64,000 bases of DNA from Bdellovibrionales bacterium RIFOXYD12_FULL_39_22 (GTDB lineage Bacteria > Bdellovibrionota > Bacteriovoracia > Bacteriovoracales > Bacteriovoracaceae): NCBI GenBank assembly GCA_001770205.1, contig MEQL01000002.1, forward strand, positions 1 through 64,000, in the 5' to 3' direction. The notes under the pieces are model-generated. The model worked only from the letters and a program-made list of their open reading frames with translations, had not been told where the DNA came from and did no database searches. The number at the start of each line of letters is the position of its first letter. Position 1 is the first letter of the stretch. Below are positions 39,535-49,849 of the stretch, one piece after another. The translations under genes and the position numbers were made by a program.

Positions 39535-40030
39535 CTGCTTTTACGCAAGAAATGATTCGTCGATCGTCGTAGTGGGGGAATTGTCCACGGCATTGTTCAT
39601 ATTTTTCGGTAGCAAATTCTTGGCAATTAGTGCGTTCGGTTTTGATGCAAAAATAGTCAATATTTTGTCTAACCTCTACTTCAATTCTGGCCGGATCATC
39701 GGTGGGATAGTTGGATTGATTTTCTTCAGGAAAAATAATTTGTTCATCCCTTGGGCGATAATCGCGCACAATGGTTTGAGGAGGACGAACATATTGGCGA
39801 TATTGGCCGGGATTTTCTTTTTCTTCTTGGCGCATTTGGCGATATTTTTCTAAAACTTCCATTTTTTTCAGCTCCTCTGGGGAGTGGGTGGCCTGTAAAG
39901 GAGGTGGCGCCGGCCGATAAAAGGAAGGAATAGGAGGTGGCCGCTCACTAACTTTTACAGAACTGCAATTGACAACGAGGAAGATGGCCAAGGCGGTAAA
40001 AAAAGAATGTAAAAGATAGGCATGTTTCAT
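39521..40030 (-). CDS. Hypothetical Pro-rich lipoprotein
   Basis: VVNC lipobox-like motif, Pro-rich segment, four-Cys C-terminal domain. Confidence 0.65.
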   Translation of the reverse strand: MKHAYLLHSFFTALAIFLVVNCSSVKVSERPPPIPSFYRPAPPPLQATHSPEELKKMEVLEKYRQMRQEEKENPGQYRQYVRPPQTIVRDYRPRDEQIIFPEENQSNYPTDDPARIEVEVRQNIDYFCIKTERTNCQEFATEKYEQCRGQFPHYDDRRIISCVKAGLRR

Positions 40031-40272
40031 GGTATGGGGGGAAGTTCTGGGGTGTTATTTTTGCTTAAAAATAGAGCTTTTGATTTGTAAATTAATTTGA
40101 CTACATCGGAGGGGACTTCCGCAACATGGACTATTTGATTGTCGCTCATTACAATTTTGGTTTTTCCGGCCTCTTTGGCGATAGTAAGTATGTGATCTGG
40201 ATTGACAAAAATTTCCCAGTTTTGGATGGGGGCCCCATGGCCTTGCAGGGTAATGGCGTTTAGTTTAATCAT
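40027..40272 (-). CDS. FlbD/SwrD-like small protein
   Basis: MIKL..FVNPDHI..T.I.M..V.E..VV..I pattern. Confidence 0.6.
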   Translation of the reverse strand: MIKLNAITLQGHGAPIQNWEIFVNPDHILTIAKEAGKTKIVMSDNQIVHVAEVPSDVVKLIYKSKALFLSKNNTPELPPIP

Positions 40273-40479
40273 CTACCAAATCCTTGTTTAAGGTGAGTAA
40301 TTTTTTCATGGAATAAATTATTTGCAAATTATACCAGCAATTTATTCTAAAAGTGAAGTTAACGAGAAGACCCTAGTGCAATAAAGCGTAGGTATTTTTT
40401 ACAATAATTATCAAAGCAATTGAAAAAAATGGCCTATAGATGTTTAATGGGGGGCCTGAGTCAAAACAAAGGATGTGTC

Positions 40480-43400
40480 ATGAAAAATCTTGCTTTAAAT
40501 GTTTTACTTTCTTCAGTTGCTTTAGTTTCGCTACTTTCTTCTTGTTCTCCTTCAGCCGATACAAAAAAGAGTACACCTGTGCGTGCAAAGACCTCTATCT
40601 CTTCAAAAGATTTGCAAGATATTCAAACATCTTCCATTGAAAGTGGTGGAAATTACAAATATGTAGCACTATCTAGCGATAGTGTGGCCTTAAATAAAAC
40701 ACTCCGGAAATTGAAAGAGAGTGGTGGCGAAGTTATTTTTGTAGATACTAAAACTGGCTATATTAATTTTTCTGCTCCTGCTTCGGAGGTTTTGGCCATT
40801 TTAGAGGAGCGACTTTTTTCAGACGTAATGATCTCCAGAAGTAAAAAATATGATCTGTCTAAAACAGCTGAACGCTCTTTCCGCGATAGTGAAACTGGAG
40901 GCAGTCGAAATTGGCCGGCCAGTAATTTTAGCACAAGAGAGCTAATGGTGGTGGATAAATTGCAGAGTCAGTTTGCGGCAGAATATGGGGTAGAATTAGA
41001 TGGCTCAAACTCCGTAGTCGCTATCTTTGATACTGGCCTGGATATTACGCGCACCGATGCTTTTGACGATAGGATTGTAGAGCTTCGTTCTTTACGCCAA
41101 GAAGACAATATTATTTTAACGGATGCGACAATTACGTCCGTAGATGGCGTGGAATATTTGCAGGCCACGATTGGTGAGGAGGAGTTGAAAATAGAGCGAA
41201 CTGAAAGATTGAAGGCCGATCGTCGCTACTATCTTGGATACTTCACTGAACAGCAATTGGCCGGAACGGACGAAGATTATACTCTTTATGATCTAAATCA
41301 AGATGGCAAAGGGAATGGGATATTTACGGTAGTTGCTTTTTTAAATGAACAAAATATTTATGAGGTCTATGTAAATGTAAATGATAAAAAAACCTATGGA
41401 GAGGCAGGTGATCAGAGCATAGAAGATGAAAATAAATTGTTAGATTTTAACTGGGTTAGGGAGAATGTGCGTGATCGTTTCGTGGATAATCAGACAGCAC
41501 CACTTGCTAGTTACTACAAGTATATGACTAGAATGGATATCATCGATGGCAAAAAATTAGAGAGTGATCGGAAAAAAGGTGTGGTCAATTTGGGTGTTAC
41601 GATTGCGGCCGGCCATGAGTTGGATGCAAAAGGTGAGTTGCTGGTTAATGTGGCCGGCGAAGATAGCAGTCAGGCACTTTATCAAGTCGGAATTGTGGGA
41701 ATAGATTATATGGGACATGGAACTCATTGCGCAGGAATTGCCGCGGGAAATTTTAAAACGGCAAAAAAATTTAGCGCGGGCGCTTATAAGGCAAAGATCA
41801 TTGGAGTTCCGATTTTAGGAGGACACGTAGATGATGGTGCCACTTTTAATCTGATTCATAAATTAATCTATAAATATCCCAATATTGTTTTCAATTTTAG
41901 CTTTGGGAGAAATGAAGAGGAAAATGATACTCAAGAAACTGAATCCAAAATTTTTGATAAGATTGCCCAAGTTTATAATACGGTATTTGTAAAATCTGCT
42001 GGGAATGAAGGGCCGGCGATCAATTCTCATGGAGTGACAATTTCTAAGAATATGCTCTCAGCTACTAACTACTATAGTACCAACTCTAATTTAGATAACT
42101 CGACTTCTTCTCTTGCCTTTGATCAGATTGTTATTGATGTTAGTTCTTCGCGCGGCCCGATGATTGATGGTGCCTTAAAACCGGATATTGGAGCTCCTGG
42201 AAACGTTATGTCGGTTCTACCAATAGCTGCACCATTAAATAGTACGGAGGGACGTCGTAGTTTTCAATATTGGCCAGGAACTTCCATGGCCGCCCCCAAT
42301 GTCGTAGGGGTTGTTGCTCTTTTATATGATGCGGCGATTAAGGCCCGTTTGGCCCAAGAAGTCCCCAATGCATCTATCTCCATCGCTAAGATGCATAAAA
42401 TTATCAAAGGATCAGCGATTGCGTATGAGGGGTTTAATTACGGAGAGTGTATATCAAGTGGAGTACGGGGAAATAATTACTGTGAACTGGTGCAGAAAAG
42501 ATATAACTTTAAATGGTTAGACGGTGGAGCAGGAAGAATAAATGCGCTAGGGGCGTGGAATTTATTTAAGGAGATCAGAGAGGGCGATGATATAATTTAT
42601 AGCACTTCTGTCGCTACAGTCATGACAGAAAATTATCACAATGAAAAGTCGGTAGGCTTTTATGCCATTGATCGTTTTGTTGAGAAGATCAATTTTACTG
42701 TTTCCATGGATGATCTTGAAAAATTAGAAGGGTTAGTTCGTCATCAAACCTTGACGCTGACAATTCCGGAAGAGGTGGATTGGTTATCATTTAGTGATCA
42801 GTTTACAATAAAAGAGCGTCGGCTAGAGGCCTTCTCCTCAGAAAATCGGGTGGTGGCCCTCTATGTAAACAGAGAGAAATTGGTTAAAGACGGCCGTCTA
42901 CTTCCGGGAGTTCACTTCGCAGCAATCAAAGCATATTCTGATGAAGCTCGCCGGGCCTTTGATTTTGTTTTTCCTGTGACCTTTATTGGTACACATACTC
43001 AATTCAATTCGCTGGTGGATAATGATCGCTTTGCGGCCAAAGGGTTTATACCTGCTGGCCAATTTATGAGTTATTTTTTGCCAGTAGCGGAGGCGGGAAG
43101 TAACTTACTTTTAAATTTAAAAGTATCTCCTTCTTTGCCCGGGATGGTTCGCATGGCCGTCTATTACCGCGGTGTAGATATGGAAGATAGCAAAAGGTTA
43201 GTTCTAAAGAGTCGTTGGGCCATGAGTAGTTTTGATTACGGAGAGGGACGAGACTATTTGCAATATGTTTTAAAAGCACCAGCGATAGGAGTTTATGAGG
43301 TGGTGTTATTGGCCGATGCAGATGAATCCTTTTTTGATTTTAAAGGAGAACCAGGATCTTTTTTTGAATTTAGTGCGGCAAAGTTGGCACTAGTAGGCGG

Positions 43401-44079
43401 AGCGGTCACTAAATTTCAAGACGAAAAAAATACCAGAGTGCTAGTTTCTAATCTGAAAAATGTTGGGCCAGTGGTAAGGGTAAGTAGTGCGGTTGTGGCC
43501 GCAAATTCTCTTTCCAAACAAGAAGGTATAAAACTCGCACATCAGGCAAAAAGAGAGATTCCGTTAACAGTACCGGCCGGTGTTGCCCAAGTAGAATTTA
43601 CTTCTTTCTATAATGGCCAGGCGGCCAAAACAGATATTGATTTAGAGTTAGAAGATGCCAGCGGCGCGCCGGTAACCGATAGTGCTGGGAATCAATATGG
43701 TTCGGCCGGCCCAGATGGTGACGAATACTTTATTAGCAAACTTCCTCCAGGAGAATATAAGTTAATTGTGGTGGGGTACAATATTCCGGCCGGAGAAGAT
43801 GTCTTCGAGATTGAAATTAAACAGCATTTGGCCAAGTCGGTAGTATTAAGTGAGAAATTCTCCATTGTTGGTAGTGATAAAGTTATTGATGTGAAAAAAA
43901 ATGGAGTTTTCCCATGGGAGAGAGAAGCAAGATACAATTTAGTGGCCAATTTTGCCAACAGTCAACTAGAGGAGGTACTAAAAATTGAGGGTTATACTCC
44001 CGACATAGTTGTTGATTTTTCTGCTATCTATGATAACGAAAGAAAATCACTATCAGTATTTTATCGAGAAGTACCATAG
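40480..44079 (+). CDS. Large S8 peptidase lipoprotein, tripeptidyl peptidase II-like architecture
   Basis: Lipobox LSSC; IFDTG, long insert, GHGTHCAG, SAGNEGP, SSRGP, GTSMAAP; C-terminal PPC-like beta domains. Confidence 0.85.
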   Translation: MKNLALNVLLSSVALVSLLSSCSPSADTKKSTPVRAKTSISSKDLQDIQTSSIESGGNYKYVALSSDSVALNKTLRKLKESGGEVIFVDTKTGYINFSAPASEVLAILEERLFSDVMISRSKKYDLSKTAERSFRDSETGGSRNWPASNFSTRELMVVDKLQSQFAAEYGVELDGSNSVVAIFDTGLDITRTDAFDDRIVELRSLRQEDNIILTDATITSVDGVEYLQATIGEEELKIERTERLKADRRYYLGYFTEQQLAGTDEDYTLYDLNQDGKGNGIFTVVAFLNEQNIYEVYVNVNDKKTYGEAGDQSIEDENKLLDFNWVRENVRDRFVDNQTAPLASYYKYMTRMDIIDGKKLESDRKKGVVNLGVTIAAGHELDAKGELLVNVAGEDSSQALYQVGIVGIDYMGHGTHCAGIAAGNFKTAKKFSAGAYKAKIIGVPILGGHVDDGATFNLIHKLIYKYPNIVFNFSFGRNEEENDTQETESKIFDKIAQVYNTVFVKSAGNEGPAINSHGVTISKNMLSATNYYSTNSNLDNSTSSLAFDQIVIDVSSSRGPMIDGALKPDIGAPGNVMSVLPIAAPLNSTEGRRSFQYWPGTSMAAPNVVGVVALLYDAAIKARLAQEVPNASISIAKMHKIIKGSAIAYEGFNYGECISSGVRGNNYCELVQKRYNFKWLDGGAGRINALGAWNLFKEIREGDDIIYSTSVATVMTENYHNEKSVGFYAIDRFVEKINFTVSMDDLEKLEGLVRHQTLTLTIPEEVDWLSFSDQFTIKERRLEAFSSENRVVALYVNREKLVKDGRLLPGVHFAAIKAYSDEARRAFDFVFPVTFIGTHTQFNSLVDNDRFAAKGFIPAGQFMSYFLPVAEAGSNLLLNLKVSPSLPGMVRMAVYYRGVDMEDSKRLVLKSRWAMSSFDYGEGRDYLQYVLKAPAIGVYEVVLLADADESFFDFKGEPGSFFEFSAAKLALVGGAVTKFQDEKNTRVLVSNLKNVGPVVRVSSAVVAANSLSKQEGIKLAHQAKREIPLTVPAGVAQVEFTSFYNGQAAKTDIDLELEDASGAPVTDSAGNQYGSAGPDGDEYFISKLPPGEYKLIVVGYNIPAGEDVFEIEIKQHLAKSVVLSEKFSIVGSDKVIDVKKNGVFPWEREARYNLVANFANSQLEEVLKIEGYTPDIVVDFSAIYDNERKSLSVFYREVP

Positions 44080-44200
44080 GGGAGTAGAACGCTCGGTCAT
44101 GGTAGTTTGGCGGTAATAAAAAGTTGGTAGATAGTACTTGCCACCACTTGATGCTTTGATAGAATTAATATGATTTCCAGGACGGAAAGGAGCTAAAAAA

Positions 44201-45445
44201 ATGGATTTTTTTTCGAGATTTTTAATTCTGTTATTGTTGATCTTTTTTGTAATTAGTTGTGCCTCCATTCATCCAATAGAAAATAGCTGTGGTGGTTACC
44301 AAAATTTTTCCGGGCCTGAGCGAGAAGTTGCGCAAGGGCCATCTACAGAAGAAGCTGAGGCCTTGCCTGGAGATTTAGAAGAGGGAAGAAGAGATAGTGA
44401 ATCGGAAGATGAAGAAATCATCCCTCCTCAAATTACCTCCTTTGCCATTGAAAAAAATAAAGATGTTGAACGATGGATTGATTACTTCACAAAAGAGCAG
44501 GCCAATCGGGAGCGTTTTCAACGCTTTTTAAATCGTGGCCAGCGCTATAAAAAAGTAGTGCAAACGATTCTAAAAGAGAATGATCTTCCCCCGGAACTTT
44601 ATTATCTGGCCATGATTGAAAGTGGCTATGCTACCAACGCTTATTCTCGGGCCAGTGCGGTGGGCGCCTGGCAGTTTATGTCAGCAACCGGGAGGCGTTA
44701 CGATTTGGAAAGTAGTTATTACGTAGATGAAAGACGCGATCCTATTCGTTCTACCGAAGCGGCCGTAAAATATTTGACAGATTTGTATATGGCCTTTCAA
44801 TCTTGGCCCTTGGCCATTTCCGCTTACAATGCTGGCGAGTATAGAATCTTAGGGGCAATTATTAGAGGTAAAAGTCGCGATTTTTGGGAGTTAGCGGATA
44901 AAAAATTATTACCCATGGAAACTAGAAACTATGTTCCCAAATTTATGGCCGCAGTGTTAATCGGAGAAAATGCTAAAGAGTATGGTTTTGTGGCCGGAGA
45001 ACTAGAGGCGGATGAAGAGCGTGGAGAGTTTCCAAGTGTCTCGGCAGTAGAAGTTCCTTCTCCGGTATATTTAAAAGATATTGCCGCACTGGCCAGTATG
45101 CCAGTGGATATTTTAACAATGGCCAATCCTCATCTGACTCGAGGTATTACTCCGCCACATGTATCTGCTTATGAAATTTGGGTTCCCGCAGGCAGTGAGG
45201 AGCAGATAGAGAAGATCAAAGATCGTCTAGTGGAACTTAAAATTAAAAATGCTAAGCAGAAATTTTACTATCCACAGGAAAATAAGAATTATCACATAGT
45301 AAAGAAAGGTGATACCTTATCATCTATTGCGCGCAAATATCAGATGACAATTCGTCATTTGAAGGCATTAAATAATTTAAAAAGTAGTCGCATTATGGCC
45401 GGCCGCAAGTTGCGCATTTCGACTAAAAATTACAAGTCGAATTAA
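44201..45445 (+). CDS. mltD: Lytic transglycosylase with LysM (MltD-like)
   Basis: Lipobox, MIESG, GAWQFM, DERRD, AYNAG, ETRNYVPK, C-terminal LysM. Confidence 0.85.
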   Translation: MDFFSRFLILLLLIFFVISCASIHPIENSCGGYQNFSGPEREVAQGPSTEEAEALPGDLEEGRRDSESEDEEIIPPQITSFAIEKNKDVERWIDYFTKEQANRERFQRFLNRGQRYKKVVQTILKENDLPPELYYLAMIESGYATNAYSRASAVGAWQFMSATGRRYDLESSYYVDERRDPIRSTEAAVKYLTDLYMAFQSWPLAISAYNAGEYRILGAIIRGKSRDFWELADKKLLPMETRNYVPKFMAAVLIGENAKEYGFVAGELEADEERGEFPSVSAVEVPSPVYLKDIAALASMPVDILTMANPHLTRGITPPHVSAYEIWVPAGSEEQIEKIKDRLVELKIKNAKQKFYYPQENKNYHIVKKGDTLSSIARKYQMTIRHLKALNNLKSSRIMAGRKLRISTKNYKSN

Positions 45446-45467
45446 TAACTTATTTAGCGCTTAAGGT

Positions 45468-45896
45468 TTATTTCTTGAATGCCGCTAGTTTTTCGAAGGA
45501 CGTTCCCTTTTTAATTTCCGCTTTTTCATTGTTTTGTTGCAAGGCCATTTCAAAATCATCCAAGATGGTTTTATTGGAGAGGGTAATTTTATAGGCCTTA
45601 TCGAGATTTAGAAGACTAATAGTAATAACACTCTCTTCTCCAGAGGTAGTTCGTTGAGTTGCTGCAATTTTTAAATAATCCAGGCCAAAGTAGTAATCAC
45701 CAAGCCATTTGGCCTTAAAAAAAACCAAACGAGAATCAGCTACAATAAGCAAACACTTTATTGGAGGGCCAATTTTTACCTGTTCGTCATCACCAGAAAC
45801 TGTTTCTATGTTGGCAAAATCTGAACTAATAATTCGTTCATCAAGGCGTAGAAATTTTTTCTTAAACTTCACCAAATCAGATGATTCATTATTCAT
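45468..45896 (-). CDS. Hypothetical protein, possible bacterial PH domain
   Basis: L..DE.I and LIVADSRLVFF pattern; GGAG RBS. Confidence 0.5.
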   Translation of the reverse strand: MNNESSDLVKFKKKFLRLDERIISSDFANIETVSGDDEQVKIGPPIKCLLIVADSRLVFFKAKWLGDYYFGLDYLKIAATQRTTSGEESVITISLLNLDKAYKITLSNKTILDDFEMALQQNNEKAEIKKGTSFEKLAAFKK

Positions 45897-45910
45897 ATGC
45901 TGCTCCTAAA

Positions 45911-46786
45911 TTATTGTTGGACTAAATTTAGAAAAAAGACATAGTCGGCAACTGGCCCATATTGAGGATCATCAGATTTAAAATATTCGATATCCTCTGC
46001 GGTAAGCTCCGCACTATCGACGAATTTGATAGTTACAATTGGTAGTGACGAGAGGCGACGAAGTTGAGTAACATATCCATCGTTGTAGTCAGTATGAAAT
46101 GCTCCTACTACGGTAAAGTTAAGATCAAAATTTGTGGTAGCGACTATTTGCTCGGCCATTACACTATCGGTTAAGCATTGAGCATCATAGTATCTTTTGA
46201 GTTGCTCTTCAGTGACATGTCCGCGCATAGTATCGGCGAAACGAGTGTAATAATTTTCTCCTCCTAGTTCAAAATTGGCCGGAATATATTGCGGATCTAA
46301 TGCTTCAATACCAGAAGTGGTAACAATTTTTTTCAAGGCCCTCGGTAAGTTAAGGCCGATAAAATCGCCATCTTGTTTTTTGGTTTCCTGCATAATGCGC
46401 AAATAGGAGGCGTTATCTTCTGGTTTGGAGTCAGGGAAAATAATTTTTAAAAAGGCATTATCATCAAGTTCATTATTTTTATACTGAGAGAAAGCGTTTT
46501 GAATTATATTCTGATTGGTATAGTCAAGAAACTCCCATCCCACTGTAAAGTTCCCAACAGCATTTCGTTGCGCCACTACCGTCGCAATAACTTCCGCTTG
46601 GGCCTTTTGAATAACATCAGAGTAGTGATACTCGCCAAGAACTAGATGCATTTGAGATGGAAGATTGGCCAAAGTAGTAGGGTAATCGGTGAACATCTTA
46701 GTTTTGGTATCAAAAAGCAAGTTATCTCCTAAGGCAGAGAAGGTTAGTAGGGAGCTGAGAAATAGTGCCAAAAAAATTTTTAACAT
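45911..46786 (-). CDS. ChaN/EreA-like (haem-uptake cofactor-binding) exported protein
   Basis: LGEYH, GWEF, LNLPR, AQCLTDSVMA, GAFH, ADYV. Confidence 0.8.
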   Translation of the reverse strand: MLKIFLALFLSSLLTFSALGDNLLFDTKTKMFTDYPTTLANLPSQMHLVLGEYHYSDVIQKAQAEVIATVVAQRNAVGNFTVGWEFLDYTNQNIIQNAFSQYKNNELDDNAFLKIIFPDSKPEDNASYLRIMQETKKQDGDFIGLNLPRALKKIVTTSGIEALDPQYIPANFELGGENYYTRFADTMRGHVTEEQLKRYYDAQCLTDSVMAEQIVATTNFDLNFTVVGAFHTDYNDGYVTQLRRLSSLPIVTIKFVDSAELTAEDIEYFKSDDPQYGPVADYVFFLNLVQQ

Positions 46787-46824
46787 AGACCCTCCTTTTT
46801 ATATATATCTTTTTACTATCCGAT

Positions 46825-47127
46825 TTATTCTAGTTGTCTGCGTGGTAAGATTTTATAGCGTACAATCACTATAAGTGCCAATATATTTCCTGCATAATTA
46901 ACAAGAAGTGGGCCATCAAGGCCATGTTGTAAAATTACGTAAATGGTCATTAAGACCTCTCCCAAAGACCAAGAGGTTAAAAACCAAGCAGAAAGGCCAT
47001 CAGCATTTCCTCTTTTCCAGCAATCAACGGCCTGTGGAATTCCACAGATGGCAAAAAAGAAACTAGCAAGCCATCCAATAATCTTGGTGGTAGTGAATTG
47101 ATTGGCCAAGGTTTCGCTTATATCCAT
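46825..47127 (-). CDS. PQ-loop / SemiSWEET-like small membrane protein
   Basis: IGW..FAICGIPQ, GLS; three TM helices. Confidence 0.8.
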   Translation of the reverse strand: MDISETLANQFTTTKIIGWLASFFFAICGIPQAVDCWKRGNADGLSAWFLTSWSLGEVLMTIYVILQHGLDGPLLVNYAGNILALIVIVRYKILPRRQLE

Positions 47128-47309
47128 AACAGTCCCCCTGAAAATAGATAGTGATAATGTACAAAATAGTTCAACTGTCCCCTGGGCAAATTTTCCTATC
47201 TTTTCACCAATTTTACCTAGGATTAAAGCAAGTTATACTATTACTAAAAATGCAGAGATTGTAAAACGTTTGAACTAATTTTTTTTCTTGATTTAAGAAA
47301 GGAGTCCTG

Positions 47310-48572
47310 GTGCGAGTTACTAAATTTTCTTTGAAGTATATTGTTTGGCAAATTTTGGTAGGGATATCAATTGCAATATCACTTATCGATGCTCCTTTGG
47401 CGTTTGTTTTAGATTTTCCGTTGAAACAGTCCACTCTTTTATTAGATGGAATAATGACTTCTATTTTTATTATAGATTTTTTTATTAACCATTTTTTTGG
47501 GCCAGAGGGAAAAAACAAAAAAAATCGGCTACGCTCTTCTGCCTTTTGGATAGATCTACTGGCCAGTATTCCCTTCGATTTGATTGCTTATTGGTTTAAT
47601 CTTCCTCATTGGTTGCGCATTCTTCGTTTGATAAGAGTTTTGCGAATGCTTAAATTTGTTCAGATGTTTGTGACGATTGGAAATTTGGCCATTATTCCGA
47701 GTGCGGTTAAAGCGGCGTTTGTTATTTCGGGGACGTTAATAACCATTAACGCTATTGGCTGTGGATGGCTTTGGATTTACCCTCCAGGAGAAGTAGATCA
47801 GGTGACTGCCTATATTAAGGCCATCTACTGGACGATTACCACTGTCGCAACAATTGGCTACGGTGATATAACGCCTTCTGATAATCTTGGCCGTATTTTT
47901 ACCATGTTTGTCATGGTTGGTGGGGTGGTGATGTACGGTATCGTTATTGGTAGTATTTCCAAAATGATTGAGGCCAGTAGTCGACATAAGGAGCAATCCA
48001 AAACCAAACTCAATGATTTACGACTTTTTGTAGAGCACTATGCGCTGCCTGAAGGATTAAGTAATGAAATTTTTAGCTTCTATGGCCACATTCTGACTAA
48101 ACGGTTGAGTGAAAATGATGAACAGATAATTGCAGAATTACCCATCGCATTGCAGCGAGATATAAAAACATATATGAATATGAAATTAATCAGCAATGTT
48201 CCGGCATTCAAGCTTTGTTCGATTGAATGTTTAAAGGATATTGCAAAATCCCTGCAACAGATGGCCTATTCACCAGGAGAAAAGATTATTACGACTGGAG
48301 ATATTGGTAGCGAGATGTTTATTATTGGCCATGGCTCAGTGGAAGTTTTTGTAGGCAGCAATAGTGTTGCTAATTTAAAAAGCGGCCAGTTTTTTGGAGA
48401 AATTGCTTTACTTGAAGAGGTAAAACGTACTGCCGATGTAGTGTCACAGACCTATTGTGACTTATATAAACTATCCAAAGACAATTTTTTAAATTTGATA
48501 AAAAAATATCCAGAGCTTTTAAAGAATATGGAAAAGTTTATGGCAAAAAAACTATCAGCACTGAAAGAGTAA
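47310..48572 (+). CDS. Cyclic nucleotide-gated potassium channel (SthK-like)
   Basis: S4 RILRLIRVLR, filter TIGYGD, C-linker, nucleotide-binding domain FFGEIALL..RTA. Confidence 0.9.
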   Translation: MRVTKFSLKYIVWQILVGISIAISLIDAPLAFVLDFPLKQSTLLLDGIMTSIFIIDFFINHFFGPEGKNKKNRLRSSAFWIDLLASIPFDLIAYWFNLPHWLRILRLIRVLRMLKFVQMFVTIGNLAIIPSAVKAAFVISGTLITINAIGCGWLWIYPPGEVDQVTAYIKAIYWTITTVATIGYGDITPSDNLGRIFTMFVMVGGVVMYGIVIGSISKMIEASSRHKEQSKTKLNDLRLFVEHYALPEGLSNEIFSFYGHILTKRLSENDEQIIAELPIALQRDIKTYMNMKLISNVPAFKLCSIECLKDIAKSLQQMAYSPGEKIITTGDIGSEMFIIGHGSVEVFVGSNSVANLKSGQFFGEIALLEEVKRTADVVSQTYCDLYKLSKDNFLNLIKKYPELLKNMEKFMAKKLSALKE

Positions 48573-48589
48573 AAAGGAGATGGCGTTTT

Positions 48590-49504
48590 ATGATGGATAA
48601 AGTGCGACAACCAAAGTTTTTGTGGTGGTGCTATGAGGTAGTGCTCTTTATCTATTTGATCTGGTCAGTTGTTAAAATTACCCTAGACTCTATTTATTCT
48701 TTTGAAAAAATTTTGATACTTCTTTCTCTTTTCAAAATTACTCCGATTATACTTTTATTTTTCTTTTTACTTCTCGGAAAACGCCGAGCTAATTTTATTT
48801 GGAAGGCCATTGCTATTGTTTATTCAATATTGCTACTGCTGTTACCACTTCATGTTGTTACCATTGGAAAGTTTTTATTTCCCGAAGCAAGTAGCTCGCT
48901 AAATGTTATTAGTGAGAATTTAGATTTAATGTGGGTGGCGGCAGAAAGAGTGCTGATTTTACCGGCCTTATTGCTCATAATTTATTACTCCTTTTCTAAA
49001 AAAGATTCAGAACTATTTATGCAAGAAATTCTTGAAAATTTAAAAGGGAAGGCAGCTAAAATATTTTTGGCAATTGTACTTTTATCTTTGACAGTCTCTC
49101 TTCCTTTGCTAATCAGCTATCATGTAAAAGAAAAGGCCTTTGCTATGGCCAATCCCGAGATCCACTATCCTCTACGAAAATTTATTTTAGATTGCAGTAG
49201 TGGAGAGAGTCAGAAATTTGTAAATGAAGAGCAATACAAGGCCGCTTTTGGCATGGATAGTAAGACTTTTTTACAATTTGTTGTTGCCGCCTGTGATTGT
49301 CTGTCAGATGGTGTGGCGCAAGCACGATTATTCGAAAATAGTAAACAGGATGATAGGCCATTATCCGCGCCAGAACAATTTTTAAATCGTAGTCGTCAGT
49401 TAGGTGAATTTTATAATTCTAAAAATGGACAAATTATGATCATGAGTTGTTTGGAGAAAAATGGCATGCGCCAAGATATTCAATGGCCATTGCCAACTAA
49501 CTAG
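48590..49504 (+). CDS. Membrane protein, hypothetical
   Basis: About five TM segments plus a Cys-containing soluble C-domain; AGGAG RBS. Confidence 0.7.
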   Translation: MMDKVRQPKFLWWCYEVVLFIYLIWSVVKITLDSIYSFEKILILLSLFKITPIILLFFFLLLGKRRANFIWKAIAIVYSILLLLLPLHVVTIGKFLFPEASSSLNVISENLDLMWVAAERVLILPALLLIIYYSFSKKDSELFMQEILENLKGKAAKIFLAIVLLSLTVSLPLLISYHVKEKAFAMANPEIHYPLRKFILDCSSGESQKFVNEEQYKAAFGMDSKTFLQFVVAACDCLSDGVAQARLFENSKQDDRPLSAPEQFLNRSRQLGEFYNSKNGQIMIMSCLEKNGMRQDIQWPLPTN

Positions 49505-49515
49505 GAGATTCCAAC

Positions 49516-49845
49516 ATGGGCCGATTAGCAGAGCTGTTCGTGGAATTTAAAAAGATTGATTGGAAAAAATATCGACACTCTATTCGGCGTTGGCATGTGG
49601 AGATGTTTTTGTTATCAATTTTACTTTTTCCTATCATAGCCTTTGTGTTTTGGATTCAGCAAGATACAACAATGATTTTGGGCCCGCAAATTACCGCAAA
49701 GGCCGTTTTTGCCATGGCCGTTGGGGTTATATCCTTGGCCATTTGGGTGTTAGGTATTTCTGTTATAATCGTAAATCTTTTGCGAGAAATTTTAATTGAG
49801 ATAATTGATTTTAAAAAATCTCAACGCGATGAGAATAAGCAGTAA
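49516..49845 (+). CDS. Small two-TM membrane protein
   Basis: AGGAG RBS, two hydrophobic helices. Confidence 0.6.
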   Translation: MGRLAELFVEFKKIDWKKYRHSIRRWHVEMFLLSILLFPIIAFVFWIQQDTTMILGPQITAKAVFAMAVGVISLAIWVLGISVIIVNLLREILIEIIDFKKSQRDENKQ

Positions 49846-49849
49846 TAGT

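Noticed and set aside
40411..40438. FliA-like promoter upstream of the large S8 gene
   Set aside because: The spacing is off by one and the -10 element is mismatched (CCTATA); too weak to call.
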